DNA of 64,000 nucleotides from Candidatus Poribacteria bacterium (GTDB lineage Bacteria; Poribacteria; WGA-4E; WGA-3G): NCBI GenBank assembly GCA_028820845.1, contig JAPPII010000061.1, positions 65,889 to 129,888 of the forward strand, read 5' to 3'. Shown piece by piece: positions 45,445 to 55,836 of this stretch (position 1 is its first letter; each line of letters starts with the position of its first letter). The notes under the pieces were generated by a model. It saw only the letters and a program-made list of their open reading frames with translations, ran no database searches and was not told where the DNA came from. The position numbers and the translations under genes were made by a program.

Positions 45445-47376
45445 TTAAGGCCAGAAATTATACATCGGTTGCTGCGTCACCACACTCACGAGGCTCCAGA
45501 TACCGCCGACCGTAAAGTCTCCTAACATCAACCCAATCGCGAACATCACTAATTGCTGCGATGCGCGTGGTCCACCAATCTTCAAAACGCTCCATTTGAT
45601 AATCGAACTCACCAGCATACAACTCCATAGATACCGCATCCCCCAATCGCTGGAGACAACGAATCCAATCGGATGGAACGGCCACCAGAAAAAACGCGCC
45701 CGCATAAACATCAAAAGGGTCGAAAAAAGTAAGCCAAATGCGATACCGCCCGTGGCGTAGAAATTCGGCTCTGTCGGGTAATAGAGCCAACCTTGGAGTC
45801 CGTTAAAAACACGTCCGCCGAAACCCGTTGACCAACCGCTGCTGCCGCTCATGTTTAACGCGCCGTAAGTATAGTAGAGGAAGAGGATAACGCCAAATAC
45901 CATCACGGCAGCGAACGCTGAAATTCCTAATAGTGCGAAGAATAACCGCCTCGGCGCAATACCGGAACGTTCTGAGAGTTTGAATCCCTCTAACTGATGC
46001 GGCATCGGATTGCTTGTGTAACTCCGATTGAACCATCGGTAGAGCGTCAAGGCAACGAGGTTGTTTGTGCCTAACATCCGGGTGCCGAAAGCGTCAACAA
46101 GGATGTGATGGTTCGGCATGTTTTCCATGGCATGCACGGGAAACCCTTGTTCAGCGCGCATCCGTGTCAGTACCAACACAATAATAAAATAGATTGCGAA
46201 GAACAGTGGAATTAGCCAAAACGACATGCCAATCCGTCTGGAGAAAATAAAGAGTATTGCCAAGCCACCAACGATCCCCCACAGTGCATATCTATATGGG
46301 ATCGGTTCGTCAGCATCTTCACCTGTACGGTGGCGTACGATGCGGAGGACCCCACGAAAATGGCGGAGGTTTAACACTAACACAGAGATGAAAATTCCGA
46401 TCGCAGCACCGAAGCACTGCCGATCGATATATGGGAACCCAGGTAGACTCGACAGTCCGACCGCACTCGTCATTACCAACTGTGCTTTGTAGAAAAAGAA
46501 GAAGAACCAGCTGGAGAACGAAAGGTCTAACGGCATTAGGAGTCCAAGTCCGATGACGAATGGGTAATAGGACATGCTGATACCCCCGATAGCGTTCCAC
46601 GGCTTTTCTGTGAACAGATGCCCAAATCCGCGCCAACCACCGATCCGTTTGATGGGTAAAGTGGGAAGTGTCGGATAGAGAAAGCTGAAGCCGTTGAGAA
46701 TCGCAATGCCTGCCGCGATGCCAAAACCGAGCCAAGTGATGCGGTGTGAGAACAGTGATTTCGTGTTATGGGTAACGTGGAAGGCAATCTGCGTGATTGG
46801 GTAGGCGAGGCGTTCGCGTTCGACCCACTGTTTCCGTAGAATGACGTTAATACACAGCATCACGAGAACCAGAACCGTCATGAATCCCGCCCAAGAGAGC
46901 GTTGGCACTAACCATGCTCCGATGATCTCCAATGTGGAGAGGTTGGATTCCCCTTTATAGTATCCCACCAATACCTTGGGATCGTCCACAAGAAGCCATC
47001 TCGGCAGATGGTCCCAGAAAAGCTGCTTCCATTCATTTTCGGGGGTTGCAAACCAGAAAGCGTGCCCAACAGTCGTGACGAGGATCGTCATCAATGTAAT
47101 GGAGGGGAAAGCGCATGCTGTGCTAAGGAGGATGTATATCGTGAGGAGTTCCGCGTCCGTGAATAAGCGGCGACGAGCGGTGAAATTGAGGAGGGTAAAA
47201 GCGCATACGACGAAAACAACGTTGTAGAAGGGGACCGCGTACGTATTCAGCGCGTAACCGACGAGTCCAACTTCGCCCGCGATGATCCAGTAAAAATTAA
47301 ATGGAATCAGCACGAGCGTAATGGCAATAGATTTCCATGTGACCCCGTGCGATTTCGGGCGTTCATCTTTTCGCAT
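45445..47376 (-). CDS. large polytopic membrane protein of unknown function (at least 12 predicted TM segments)
   Basis: 643 aa ORF that is hydrophobic and aromatic-rich throughout. I recognised no transporter signature. Its start overlaps the stop of the upstream MNT-HEPN gene by 14 nt. Confidence 0.7.
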   Translation of the reverse strand: MRKDERPKSHGVTWKSIAITLVLIPFNFYWIIAGEVGLVGYALNTYAVPFYNVVFVVCAFTLLNFTARRRLFTDAELLTIYILLSTACAFPSITLMTILVTTVGHAFWFATPENEWKQLFWDHLPRWLLVDDPKVLVGYYKGESNLSTLEIIGAWLVPTLSWAGFMTVLVLVMLCINVILRKQWVERERLAYPITQIAFHVTHNTKSLFSHRITWLGFGIAAGIAILNGFSFLYPTLPTLPIKRIGGWRGFGHLFTEKPWNAIGGISMSYYPFVIGLGLLMPLDLSFSSWFFFFFYKAQLVMTSAVGLSSLPGFPYIDRQCFGAAIGIFISVLVLNLRHFRGVLRIVRHRTGEDADEPIPYRYALWGIVGGLAILFIFSRRIGMSFWLIPLFFAIYFIIVLVLTRMRAEQGFPVHAMENMPNHHILVDAFGTRMLGTNNLVALTLYRWFNRSYTSNPMPHQLEGFKLSERSGIAPRRLFFALLGISAFAAVMVFGVILFLYYTYGALNMSGSSGWSTGFGGRVFNGLQGWLYYPTEPNFYATGGIAFGLLFSTLLMFMRARFFWWPFHPIGFVVSSDWGMRYLWSCMLVSSIIKWSVLKIGGPRASQQLVMFAIGLMLGDFTVGGIWSLVSVVTQQPMYNFWP

Positions 47377-48319
47377 CTGACTCGTGGGTTTCGGTTAGAA
47401 AAGCAGCAAATGTATCCAGTTCTTCAAAAACGGTTGCAAAAAGTTCTGCAATCGGTTTTGCGTGTTCCTCGGCTTTTTCGTAAATCAGTTCGTCGCTATA
47501 AATGTTATTGACTTTGTGTCGGAAGTCTAAAAGTTCTTTTAATTTTGGCAAAGTTTCCTGAGAGATCACAGGCGGACGTTCTGGTTGTCGCTCTCCCATC
47601 TGTTCGAGGAGGTCATTATGCCACCGGCTTCCTCGGGGTGTGTGCATATCTACTTCACGGGCGATCCGCTCAAAGATCCGCTCAATGCCTCTGTAGACAT
47701 CGGCGAGATCGGTAGCGATTGTCCTTTCTATATATTTCTTGTAGTTAGGAGGTGCTTTCTCAATATCTTGTAACGCATTCGCAATGCCTTGAACGGTTCG
47801 TTCTATTTTTGTGCGTTCATCGGAAATGCGTTGGACAAGTTTGATTTGACTCATCTGGTAAATTTCTCTGGTTTCCATGGATACTGCGGAGTATGTTTGG
47901 TTCATCAATTTGAGAACGTCCCTTTCTCCTTTCTTAATAGGAATTGCTTGGCTCATAACCCGCTTGCGAAAAAGCCCGCTGGACGTTTCAAAGTCTATAA
48001 TGTCAATTTTAAACTCGGAACCCAAATCATCTGTCTGCCAGAGTGCTTCCAGACATTTGTTATATGAGAGTCCCCAGACCATGATATCAATATCTGAATG
48101 CTTGGTAAACCATCCCCGCTCAGCGAGGGAGCCGAAAACCGCCACTTTTTCGGCACCGTAATTTTGATAGAGTACAGTGGCGACGCGATGTGCTGTCTCC
48201 CATGCGCGTCGAAGTAGTGCCTCATCAACCCGACGGTTTTCCCATTGGCGTTTGAGGTTTTCTCTGCATTTGGCAAGTTCTGATGGAGACATTTCGCTTG
48301 TCGTCGTTGCGCTATGCAT
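47363..48319 (-). CDS. single-chain nucleotidyltransferase (MNT) - HEPN-like fusion protein
   Basis: 318 aa ORF. It has the Pol-beta NTase motif VFGSLAERGWFTKHSDIDIMVWG and a C-terminal four-helix HI0074/HEPN-like region. The Rx4H position there reads FRHKVNNIY, with the His replaced by Asn. Confidence 0.65.
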   Translation of the reverse strand: MHSATTTSEMSPSELAKCRENLKRQWENRRVDEALLRRAWETAHRVATVLYQNYGAEKVAVFGSLAERGWFTKHSDIDIMVWGLSYNKCLEALWQTDDLGSEFKIDIIDFETSSGLFRKRVMSQAIPIKKGERDVLKLMNQTYSAVSMETREIYQMSQIKLVQRISDERTKIERTVQGIANALQDIEKAPPNYKKYIERTIATDLADVYRGIERIFERIAREVDMHTPRGSRWHNDLLEQMGERQPERPPVISQETLPKLKELLDFRHKVNNIYSDELIYEKAEEHAKPIAELFATVFEELDTFAAFLTETHESDAKR

Positions 48320-48363
48320 GTTTAACCTCCGACTCTCTGTTTTGAGAAGGTGTAGACGCTTAA

Positions 48364-49350
48364 TTATGGCTGAATGGAACCTGCATAGAGGTCGTTCAAA
48401 GCATCCTCGGGAAGCGGTTCAGGGCTGTTTTTGGCAAACTCAAGTGCTGCGTCAAGTTCGTTTGAGAGTTCTTCCTCAAGTGCTGAGAGTTCTTCTTGGC
48501 TAATGCCCTCTTCTTCGATGAGAACTTGTGCGAGTCGACGAATTGGATCGCGTAGCCGTTCCTGCTCTTGAACCTCTTCGCGGTCTCGGTAGGAGGTTCC
48601 TGGATCACCGATATGATGTCCTCGGAATCTATAGGTATCACAGTTGAGGAGCGTCGGTCCGCCGCCGTCTCGGGCCCGTATGACGGCTTCACCTGCTGCC
48701 GCATACACCTTAAGCACATCGTTTCCATCGACAGTGATGCCGGGCATATCGTAGGCAGGGGCACGGACAGCAGCAATATCCTCTACGCGTTGGTGTTCCC
48801 GTTGGGGTGTTCCCATACCGAATCGGTTGTTTTCACAAACGAAGATAGCAGGAAGTTCCCAGACAGCGGCGAGATTGAGCGTCTCGTGGAAGACACCTTG
48901 GTTCGTTGCGCCGTCACCGAAGAAGGACACTGCAACTTGCTTCGTGCCGCGGAGTTTGGCAGAGAGTGCTGCCCCCGCTGCAAGCGGAATACCAGCACCG
49001 ACAACGCCGTTGGCACCGAGAATGCCCGTTTCCTTATCGGCGATGTGCATTGAGCCACCTTTGCCTTTGCAATAGCCGGTTGTGCGAGCGAATAACTCCG
49101 CCATCATCCGATCGCGTTTCCCCCCTTTGGCGATGAGATGGCCATGCCCGCGATGGGTACTCGTGATGTAATCGTCATCTTGCAAATGGGCACAGACCCC
49201 AACTGCTGTGGCTTCTTCACCGATATAGAGGTGGAGAAAACCGGGGAGTTGACCGCTCTGATAAAGCGTTCCAGCGGCTTCTTCAAATTGACGGATTTCT
49301 ATCATCTTGCGATACATAAAGAGCATCTGATCTTTGATCGGTTTTGACAT
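48364..49350 (-). CDS. pdhA: TPP-dependent 2-oxoacid (pyruvate/acetoin) dehydrogenase E1 alpha subunit
   Basis: The ATG at 49350 (AAAGGAA upstream) gives MSKPIKDQMLFMYRKMIEIRQFEE. It also has GFLHLYIGEEA, YRGHGH-type motifs and the TPP motif GDGATNQG...NN. No E1 beta gene follows. Confidence 0.8.
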   Translation of the reverse strand: MSKPIKDQMLFMYRKMIEIRQFEEAAGTLYQSGQLPGFLHLYIGEEATAVGVCAHLQDDDYITSTHRGHGHLIAKGGKRDRMMAELFARTTGYCKGKGGSMHIADKETGILGANGVVGAGIPLAAGAALSAKLRGTKQVAVSFFGDGATNQGVFHETLNLAAVWELPAIFVCENNRFGMGTPQREHQRVEDIAAVRAPAYDMPGITVDGNDVLKVYAAAGEAVIRARDGGGPTLLNCDTYRFRGHHIGDPGTSYRDREEVQEQERLRDPIRRLAQVLIEEEGISQEELSALEEELSNELDAALEFAKNSPEPLPEDALNDLYAGSIQP

Positions 49351-49426
49351 AATTCCTTTCCCATATTTGTAGCGTTCAGTTGTTAGGCAATCTCCCAAGT
49401 CGCCTGATTACGACGCATTGTGAGAT

Positions 49427-50122
49427 CTAAAATAGTCGGAGATCATTCGTCTCAAGTGGTGCAATACATTCTGGCGAATCATTTGTGGGACGATTGACGA
49501 ACCTCGATACTGGGTACGCCTCCATCTCCTCACCGGGATAAGGGATAAGGAGGGATTGAAGGGCATCTGCTGGCTGTTCATCCGGGGAGAGCCACTGGGC
49601 ATAAGCGTCTTGCGGTAGAATCACTGGCATCCTGTGATGAATGTCCGCCAGCATCGCGTTCGGTGGACATGTGATGATAGTGCAAGATTTCAATGGTTCG
49701 TCCATATCCCTCGTCTGCCATACCTCCCATAGTCCTGCCACCGCGAAGGGTTTTTGCGATTTAAGACGGATGTACACGGGTTGTTTGACTCTATCGCCGG
49801 GAATCTTTTGCCATTCATAATAGCCGTCCGCCAAAACGAGGCACCTTCTGCGTTTATAAGCGTTTCGGAAGGACGGTTTCTCCGCAAGCGTCTCCGAACG
49901 GGCATTAATCATCCGATTTCCGATCTTCGGGTCTTTTGCCCAAGATGGAATGAGACCCCAGTGAAAAAACTCCACCTGTTTCTCAGGGGTGTTGGAGACA
50001 CCTGCTACATCCTGCGTTGGTGAGATGTTGTAGCGAGGAGACAAGTTCGTTGGCACTTCAAAGTCGAAGAAAGTTTGCTGTAAGGTTTCAGCGTCGCTTG
50101 CGAGCGTAAATCGTCCACACAT
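49427..50122 (-). CDS. SOS-response-associated peptidase (SRAP/YedK-type abasic-site sensor)
   Basis: The internal Met gives MCGRFTL..., with the catalytic Cys2. NARSETL and HHRMPVIL motifs are present. The start coordinate was derived from the track frame. Confidence 0.8.
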   Translation of the reverse strand: MCGRFTLASDAETLQQTFFDFEVPTNLSPRYNISPTQDVAGVSNTPEKQVEFFHWGLIPSWAKDPKIGNRMINARSETLAEKPSFRNAYKRRRCLVLADGYYEWQKIPGDRVKQPVYIRLKSQKPFAVAGLWEVWQTRDMDEPLKSCTIITCPPNAMLADIHHRMPVILPQDAYAQWLSPDEQPADALQSLLIPYPGEEMEAYPVSRFVNRPTNDSPECIAPLETNDLRLF

Positions 50123-50144
50123 TTTTTTCTCCTGAAGTGTTTTG

Positions 50145-50984
50145 CTATGTACTCTTTTTTGGCTGGGGAACAAGAACGTCGTCTCGCCACCGGAGCCGGA
50201 AAGACGGACGGACAAGTGCCTCTGGTGATTGGAGCGTCAAACCACCGTCCGCAGTCAGCACGATGCCAGTAACAAAATCCGCCTCATCAGAAGCCAAGAA
50301 GAGTGCAGCGTTGGCAATATCTTCAGGTTTCCCGTAACGACCGATTGGATAGCAATCGCGGGAGGCTTGTTCTTCGAGTTCATCCTCAGCAAGAGAGGCT
50401 CTACCGCGTTCTCCAACGATCTGTCCGGGGGCAATAGCATTCGCACGGATACCGTCCCTGCCGTAATCGAGGGCAATGCTTCGCGTCAAGGCGTTCAAAC
50501 CGCCTTTTCCTGCACCGTAAAGTCCAAACCCCGGATTTGTAATCGTAGCGTTAACGGTAGAGATAAATACCAAAGCACCGCCACCGTTACGGATCATTTC
50601 TGGGATACAATACTTTGCACCGAGCCATGGGCCGCCGAGGGTTACACCAAGGCTTTCATTCCATTCTTCGCGTGTGAATTCAATGGCTTTTTTCGTGTAG
50701 GAGTGTGCCGCATTGTGGACAAGCGTTGTGATTTTCCCGTAGTTTGACAAAGCCGTTCCGACGAGTTTCTGCCAAGTCGTTTCATCGGCGACATCGCCCA
50801 TAACAGAGACTGCCTCTCCACCAGCATCCTGAATGTGTTGGACGGTTTCAGCAAGTTTTTCTTCTCGACGGCGCGTGTTGACAACCACTTTCGCGCCTTC
50901 ACAGGCAAATCTGTAAGCAGTCGCCGCGCCAATACCACCCCAAGCAGCACCCGCGACAATCGCAACTTTTCCTTCCAATCTCAT
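50145..50984 (-). CDS. short-chain dehydrogenase/reductase
   Basis: 279 aa ORF with a GKVAIVAGAAWGGIG cofactor motif, NAA and YGAGK catalytic motifs. Confidence 0.8.
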   Translation of the reverse strand: MRLEGKVAIVAGAAWGGIGAATAYRFACEGAKVVVNTRRREEKLAETVQHIQDAGGEAVSVMGDVADETTWQKLVGTALSNYGKITTLVHNAAHSYTKKAIEFTREEWNESLGVTLGGPWLGAKYCIPEMIRNGGGALVFISTVNATITNPGFGLYGAGKGGLNALTRSIALDYGRDGIRANAIAPGQIVGERGRASLAEDELEEQASRDCYPIGRYGKPEDIANAALFLASDEADFVTGIVLTADGGLTLQSPEALVRPSFRLRWRDDVLVPQPKKST

Positions 50985-51240
50985 ATTTAAATCCCTTTCC
51001 TGATGATTCTACAAACTATCAACTATTATACCACATTTTTCATTTTTGTGCTACAATGATAATAATCCTAATAGGGTCATTCAGTTTTCCAAAAATTTAC
51101 ATCCGGATGCCCAACTTGTTGGGGAAAAGTGTGCTGTCCCGAATAAATTCGGGCTTCCGGAAACGGAAAGGCTTCACATAGGTAAACTTAACCCTTAAAA
51201 CTAAATAGCCCTGATAATCCTAACGAAAGGAGAAACTCGT

Positions 51241-51600
51241 GTGAAATCGGCGATAAAAGAATGGCTTGACAATTGTGTTGAAAAACTTAAGGTGGGCGAA
51301 TTGACCGAAGCTGATCTGCGTGGTGTAACTGCTGTCTTGAATTCGGAAAGGCAACTAATTCTCTATCTTTATTCTAAATCAACGAATCTACGTTCACCGC
51401 TGGGTGGATGGGCACTGTACGACGCAACCGCACCCGATGAACCCGTGCTACCCTCGCAAGATATACCCTATACATCAGTACTTGATGCGATTAACGATGG
51501 GTGGCGGATTGTCCAATTTCCACGCCCTGAACTCTACAATTTTACGGATGTTGATAACGCCTATCTTACGTATGAGTTTATTTTAGAGAAATTTGTGTGA
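51241..51600 (+). CDS. hypothetical protein
   Basis: 119 aa ORF with a GTG start and AGGAG 8 nt upstream. I recognised no family. Confidence 0.4.
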   Translation: MKSAIKEWLDNCVEKLKVGELTEADLRGVTAVLNSERQLILYLYSKSTNLRSPLGGWALYDATAPDEPVLPSQDIPYTSVLDAINDGWRIVQFPRPELYNFTDVDNAYLTYEFILEKFV

Positions 51601-51612
51601 AGGAATTACAAA

Positions 51613-52404
51613 ATGATTAACATTGAACCAACGCTAAACGACCACGGTGTTATGCAGTTTATTCATAACGGCTATATCACCTTAGAGAGCATTGTTGATG
51701 CCGATTTCAATCGGGAATGTGAATCAGTGCCGGGTGGGCATCTCAGGGATTTTGTCCTTACAGACGAATTTCGCCGAAACGTCCTTTTACATCCAGAGGT
51801 CGCTGGCGTAGTTCGTTCACTGTTAGGCACAGATTTTCTCGTGCCAACGAGTGCACACCACCATCTGTTTGAAGCCCCACACCGCGGACAGACATGGCAC
51901 TCCGATGGTATCACCGAGTACGGATATGGTATCACACATCTCCAGTGCTACTATTACCCGAAAGCGGTAAAAATCGAAGATGGACCTACGATGATATTGC
52001 CGGGTTCACACCATCGGCTCGTAGACAGGGAGGCAATCGCGCATTACGGTGATATTCTCGGGCAGCTTTCCCTCACGGTACCTGCAGGCACTGTCGCAAT
52101 GACCCGTTATGGCATTTGGCATAAGGCAGGTCCAAAGCTCAATGCCGATAGACGCGGGATGATTAAGTTTTCCTATTTCCGAACGGCGATGCCCAAACGG
52201 GATTGGGTCCGTGATTCCGATGAGATTCCGCCTTACCAACACGCTGGCAGACATCCGTACGTAACGGAGATAGAATCCTATCGCGACCGGCGCAGGGGGG
52301 AATTAACATGGAACTGGCTATGCGGATTGGCAGAGGTGGAGGAAGAGATTCCACCGATACAGATGTTTAACAGTGGAATCCCGTTATCAGAAATCCGTCT
52401 TTAA
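51613..52404 (+). CDS. phytanoyl-CoA dioxygenase (PhyH) family Fe(II)/2-oxoglutarate oxygenase
   Basis: 263 aa ORF with WHSDG (an HxD-type facial triad) and a later GIWHKAGPN-like motif. Confidence 0.7.
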   Translation: MINIEPTLNDHGVMQFIHNGYITLESIVDADFNRECESVPGGHLRDFVLTDEFRRNVLLHPEVAGVVRSLLGTDFLVPTSAHHHLFEAPHRGQTWHSDGITEYGYGITHLQCYYYPKAVKIEDGPTMILPGSHHRLVDREAIAHYGDILGQLSLTVPAGTVAMTRYGIWHKAGPKLNADRRGMIKFSYFRTAMPKRDWVRDSDEIPPYQHAGRHPYVTEIESYRDRRRGELTWNWLCGLAEVEEEIPPIQMFNSGIPLSEIRL

Positions 52405-52425
52405 TAGAAGCGGTCTGTCCTTTGG

Positions 52426-53250
52426 TTAACGTGCGCCACACGCTTGCAAACACGCCTGCATGTGCCCACGCGATTCTGCAGCAATCGTGCAACACTGCTC
52501 CAAACTATATTCTTTTGCACCGATAACCTCAAGGTTCAACGGACCCGTATAACCGTTTTCATGCAAAACACGGATATAGCCGACGAGGTCGATGTCCCCA
52601 CGTCCGTTGGCTTGTAATTCAGGAGTGCCAGGACCACGTTCCATCCCCTTGCAATCCCGTATATGCACATGTTTCACGCGTGAAACTACAGCAGCGATCG
52701 CTTCAACAGGGTTTTCGCCTGCCCGATGAATGTGCGACGGGTCCATGTCAATCCCAAACGCTGGTGATGAAATCGCTTCCATTATACGAAGTGTCGTCGG
52801 GGTGTTATAGATGCTGGCACCGACGTGTGCTTTGACGCAAAGTGTCACGCCGTAATGTTCTGCCCGTGCTGAAAGGCTACCGAGTGAATCGACAACCTCA
52901 GGCCAAGCGGATTCATCATCCGACGCACCACCGGGACCGCAGTTAATAATAGGAATACCTATCTCAGCTGCTGCTTGGAAGGCGAGTTCCATGCGTTCTG
53001 AGTCGCGTGAGGGCTGCTCCATCGCCAGTGGTTCAAGTTCATAGGCTTTCACGAGGCGTTTGATTTCACCAGCGAGTTCTTGCCAGTTCGCGAGGACAAG
53101 ATGCTGACTCATCCCATCGATTGCTGAGAGTTCAACCCCGTCGTAACCAGCCATAGCGATGTGTTTGAAGGCGGTTTCCATGTCGTAACCGCCGAACAGT
53201 ACCGAATTTGCTCCTAATTTCAAATGTGGTTTCTCCTTGTGTAGGGGCAA
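52426..53250 (-). CDS. sugar-phosphate isomerase/epimerase (xylose-isomerase-like TIM barrel)
   Basis: 274 aa ORF with AGYDGVEL, DMDPSHIH and HVHIRD motifs. Confidence 0.75.
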   Translation of the reverse strand: MPLHKEKPHLKLGANSVLFGGYDMETAFKHIAMAGYDGVELSAIDGMSQHLVLANWQELAGEIKRLVKAYELEPLAMEQPSRDSERMELAFQAAAEIGIPIINCGPGGASDDESAWPEVVDSLGSLSARAEHYGVTLCVKAHVGASIYNTPTTLRIMEAISSPAFGIDMDPSHIHRAGENPVEAIAAVVSRVKHVHIRDCKGMERGPGTPELQANGRGDIDLVGYIRVLHENGYTGPLNLEVIGAKEYSLEQCCTIAAESRGHMQACLQACGAR

Positions 53251-53270
53251 TTACCACCCCATTTGTTCAA

Positions 53271-54353
53271 TTATCCTTTTAGTAAGGGAAGCGGATGTGG
53301 CCGCACCAAAATCCCTCCCTGTTCATAAGATTCTATCGCTGCCCAAGTATATTCAAGTGCTGCGAGTGCATCTCTCCCAGAGGCACGCAGCTGCTCTTTC
53401 GGCACGCCGTTTGTGATGTCCTCTAAGAACGCATGAATCCGCAAGGGGAACGTCTCACCGAAGTCGCTGATGCCGGATTCGGTGACAATCGGTTCTGTAT
53501 CAGGGAAATCGGGAGCACCAGGGGAGGGCCAATAGGTTACCTTCTCAATGCATTTTTCGATGCAGAATGTGCCGCGCGTGCCAGCAAGTTCAACACTCCA
53601 CCAATCACCGAGTCCGAATGTTAAATCGCCGCGTTGGCTCAGGAGATAACCGATACATCCGTTCTCAAATCGGAGATGAATGCTGTTGATTGAAACCATT
53701 AAGTCTCCCGTGTTACGCCTAAAATGTGGGCGTTCCATAAAGGCTTGCACGTGCGTTACATCGCCACAGAAATGGCGCATTACACTGAACGGGTGCGACA
53801 AGAAGGCTTTCACGTGAAAATAGGGGAATCCATCGGAACGCGGGGCTTTTGAATAGCTATAGTTGAATTCGCCGCCAGGGAATCCCATTTTGTGAAGACA
53901 ATAAACCTGCTCCCCGATATGTCCGTCTTCTATATATTTTTTCGCTTGCTCCGCGGGTGGTGTGAAATAGTGATTCAGATTACAACCGAGATAGAGGTCT
54001 TCTTCCGCGGCTTTCGCGACCATTTCCCGTGCCTGTCCAATGTCGTTAGAAAGTGGTTTCTCGACGAGGACATGCTTGCCGTTTTCCAAAGCCTCCATCG
54101 TTGGTTCGTAGTGCCAACTGCCGTTTTCATATCCGCCAGTACCGACATCAACGATGTCTAAATCTGGTTCGCCGTCAATCATATCGGCTAAACTATAGTA
54201 TGCCTTTACGCCGAGACGTTCTGCCGCGCTGTCCGCTCGTTCTTTGACGATATCGCACACCGCAACCAGTTCCGCTAAGTCATCATTTGCATGACAATTC
54301 GCATGATTATTCCCGATGCCGCTCATGCCGACAACGCCAACTTTTAATGCCAT
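53271..54353 (-). CDS. Gfo/Idh/MocA family oxidoreductase
   Basis: 360 aa ORF with the N-terminal Rossmann motif KVGVVGMSGIGNNH and the EKPL motif. Confidence 0.8.
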   Translation of the reverse strand: MALKVGVVGMSGIGNNHANCHANDDLAELVAVCDIVKERADSAAERLGVKAYYSLADMIDGEPDLDIVDVGTGGYENGSWHYEPTMEALENGKHVLVEKPLSNDIGQAREMVAKAAEEDLYLGCNLNHYFTPPAEQAKKYIEDGHIGEQVYCLHKMGFPGGEFNYSYSKAPRSDGFPYFHVKAFLSHPFSVMRHFCGDVTHVQAFMERPHFRRNTGDLMVSINSIHLRFENGCIGYLLSQRGDLTFGLGDWWSVELAGTRGTFCIEKCIEKVTYWPSPGAPDFPDTEPIVTESGISDFGETFPLRIHAFLEDITNGVPKEQLRASGRDALAALEYTWAAIESYEQGGILVRPHPLPLLKG

Positions 54354-54569
54354 TTTGTTGTTCCTTCCAATAGGTACAGTTTGGTCCTATCTGTAGCGAA
54401 AACTCGCAATCTGAATGTCATCTTGTAAGTAATGCACCACAGTAGATTTTATGCCTTCATTATAAGCGCATTCGCGGTTTTGTCAATAAATATCTTTGGA
54501 AATGTCCTTGACAGTATTTGCAGGATATGCTATTTTCTCATGTAAACAGTGCTGATGGAGGAAAAGCGA

Positions 54570-55664
54570 ATGAGTATCAGTGTCGGGATGGTAGGTTTGG
54601 GAATGTTTGGACCGTCGTTTATCCAGTCGTATAAATCGCACCCGGATGTGGATCGACTGGCTCTGTGTGATTTGCGGTCAGACAGGTTGTCGAAGTGGGC
54701 TAAGCAGTTTGAGATTTCCGAAACCTATTCCAGTCTTGATGAGATATGTGAATCGGACTTAGACGCACTCGTGATTATAACGCAGCATTGGATGCACGCC
54801 CCGCAAGCAATTCAAGCGATGGAATCGGGCAAGCACGTCTATACGGCTGTCCCTGCCGCGGCATCTTTAGATGAATGTGAGGCACTCGTCAGAACCGTTG
54901 AACGGACAGGAATGATTTATATGAACGGTGAGACGAGTTATTTCCGACCAGAAACTGCCTTTTGTCGTCAGAAAGCCGCGGAGGGGGCATTCGGGGAGTT
55001 CGTTCACTGCCGCGCAGAATATTTTCATGACATGGACCATGGCCTCTACAACGTGGCAAAAAATCGATGGAGTGCAGATTTTGGTCGGGATAAGATGGGT
55101 GGAATTCCCATGCACTATCCGACGCATTCAACCTGTTTTCCAATCTCCGTTATGAAGGCACACGCGACATCGGTTTCCGCACAAGGGTATGTCTACCCAA
55201 ACGACGACTGGTTTCGGGCGGATACCATCCACAAAAATCGGTTTTCTAATGAGGTCGGACTTTTCACAATGAGCAATGGCGCGACGATGCAAATCTGTGA
55301 GTTCCGGCGGGTTGGGCATCCCGGATCCGAGCGCGTCAGCGGTATTTATGGCACAGAAGGTAGTTACGAGCAAAGCCTCGCAGGCAGTGTCTGGACAACT
55401 AAAAACGAGAGGGAGATCGTCGAGCCTTCAAGATTACATGAGGGCCTTCCTGAACCACTCGCAGCGGATCTCGGTGGACATGGCGGTTCGCACGCCTATC
55501 TCGTACACGAATTTGTTGATGCGGTGAATCGTGAACGATTGCCGCGGGTCAACGTTTGGGAAGCGGTTCGATATTGCGTACCCGGATTTGTCGCACACCA
55601 GTCGGCACTACGGGATGGCGAATTATTGCCAGTTCCAGATTGGGGTGATGCGCCAGAAAATTAA
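54570..55664 (+). CDS. Gfo/Idh/MocA family oxidoreductase
   Basis: The ATG at 54570 (GGAGG 8 nt upstream) gives MSISVGMVGLGMFG. A TTGACA-17-TATTTT promoter-like site lies about 60 nt upstream. Confidence 0.75.
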   Translation: MSISVGMVGLGMFGPSFIQSYKSHPDVDRLALCDLRSDRLSKWAKQFEISETYSSLDEICESDLDALVIITQHWMHAPQAIQAMESGKHVYTAVPAAASLDECEALVRTVERTGMIYMNGETSYFRPETAFCRQKAAEGAFGEFVHCRAEYFHDMDHGLYNVAKNRWSADFGRDKMGGIPMHYPTHSTCFPISVMKAHATSVSAQGYVYPNDDWFRADTIHKNRFSNEVGLFTMSNGATMQICEFRRVGHPGSERVSGIYGTEGSYEQSLAGSVWTTKNEREIVEPSRLHEGLPEPLAADLGGHGGSHAYLVHEFVDAVNRERLPRVNVWEAVRYCVPGFVAHQSALRDGELLPVPDWGDAPEN

Positions 55665-55836
55665 AGTAAAAGATTGGGCTTGCTTTTTGTTGCATTTTAT
55701 GGTATACTACTCTATTTAAAAGGTTTCTGCTTGGGAATACTGTGCAATATAGGCTTGCAAGCTTCGCCTAAATAGAAAGCGATGGAACGCTACTCAACGC
55801 ACACTATGAATCTGAGGTTATTACAAGGAGTACAGA

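Noticed and set aside
48364-49350. The E1-alpha gene without an adjacent E1-beta or E2 as a sign of a novel pathway.
   Set aside because: Partner genes may simply be elsewhere: lpdA sits at the other end of the window. I have no sequence-level anomaly to support anything unusual.
50100-50165. An apparent 1 nt disagreement between my base-by-base reading near 50160 and the frames given in the ORF track.
   Set aside because: Three independent track ORFs agree with each other. I attribute the discrepancy to my own miscounting of a homopolymer run, so I used the track frame for the SRAP start and report no frameshift here.
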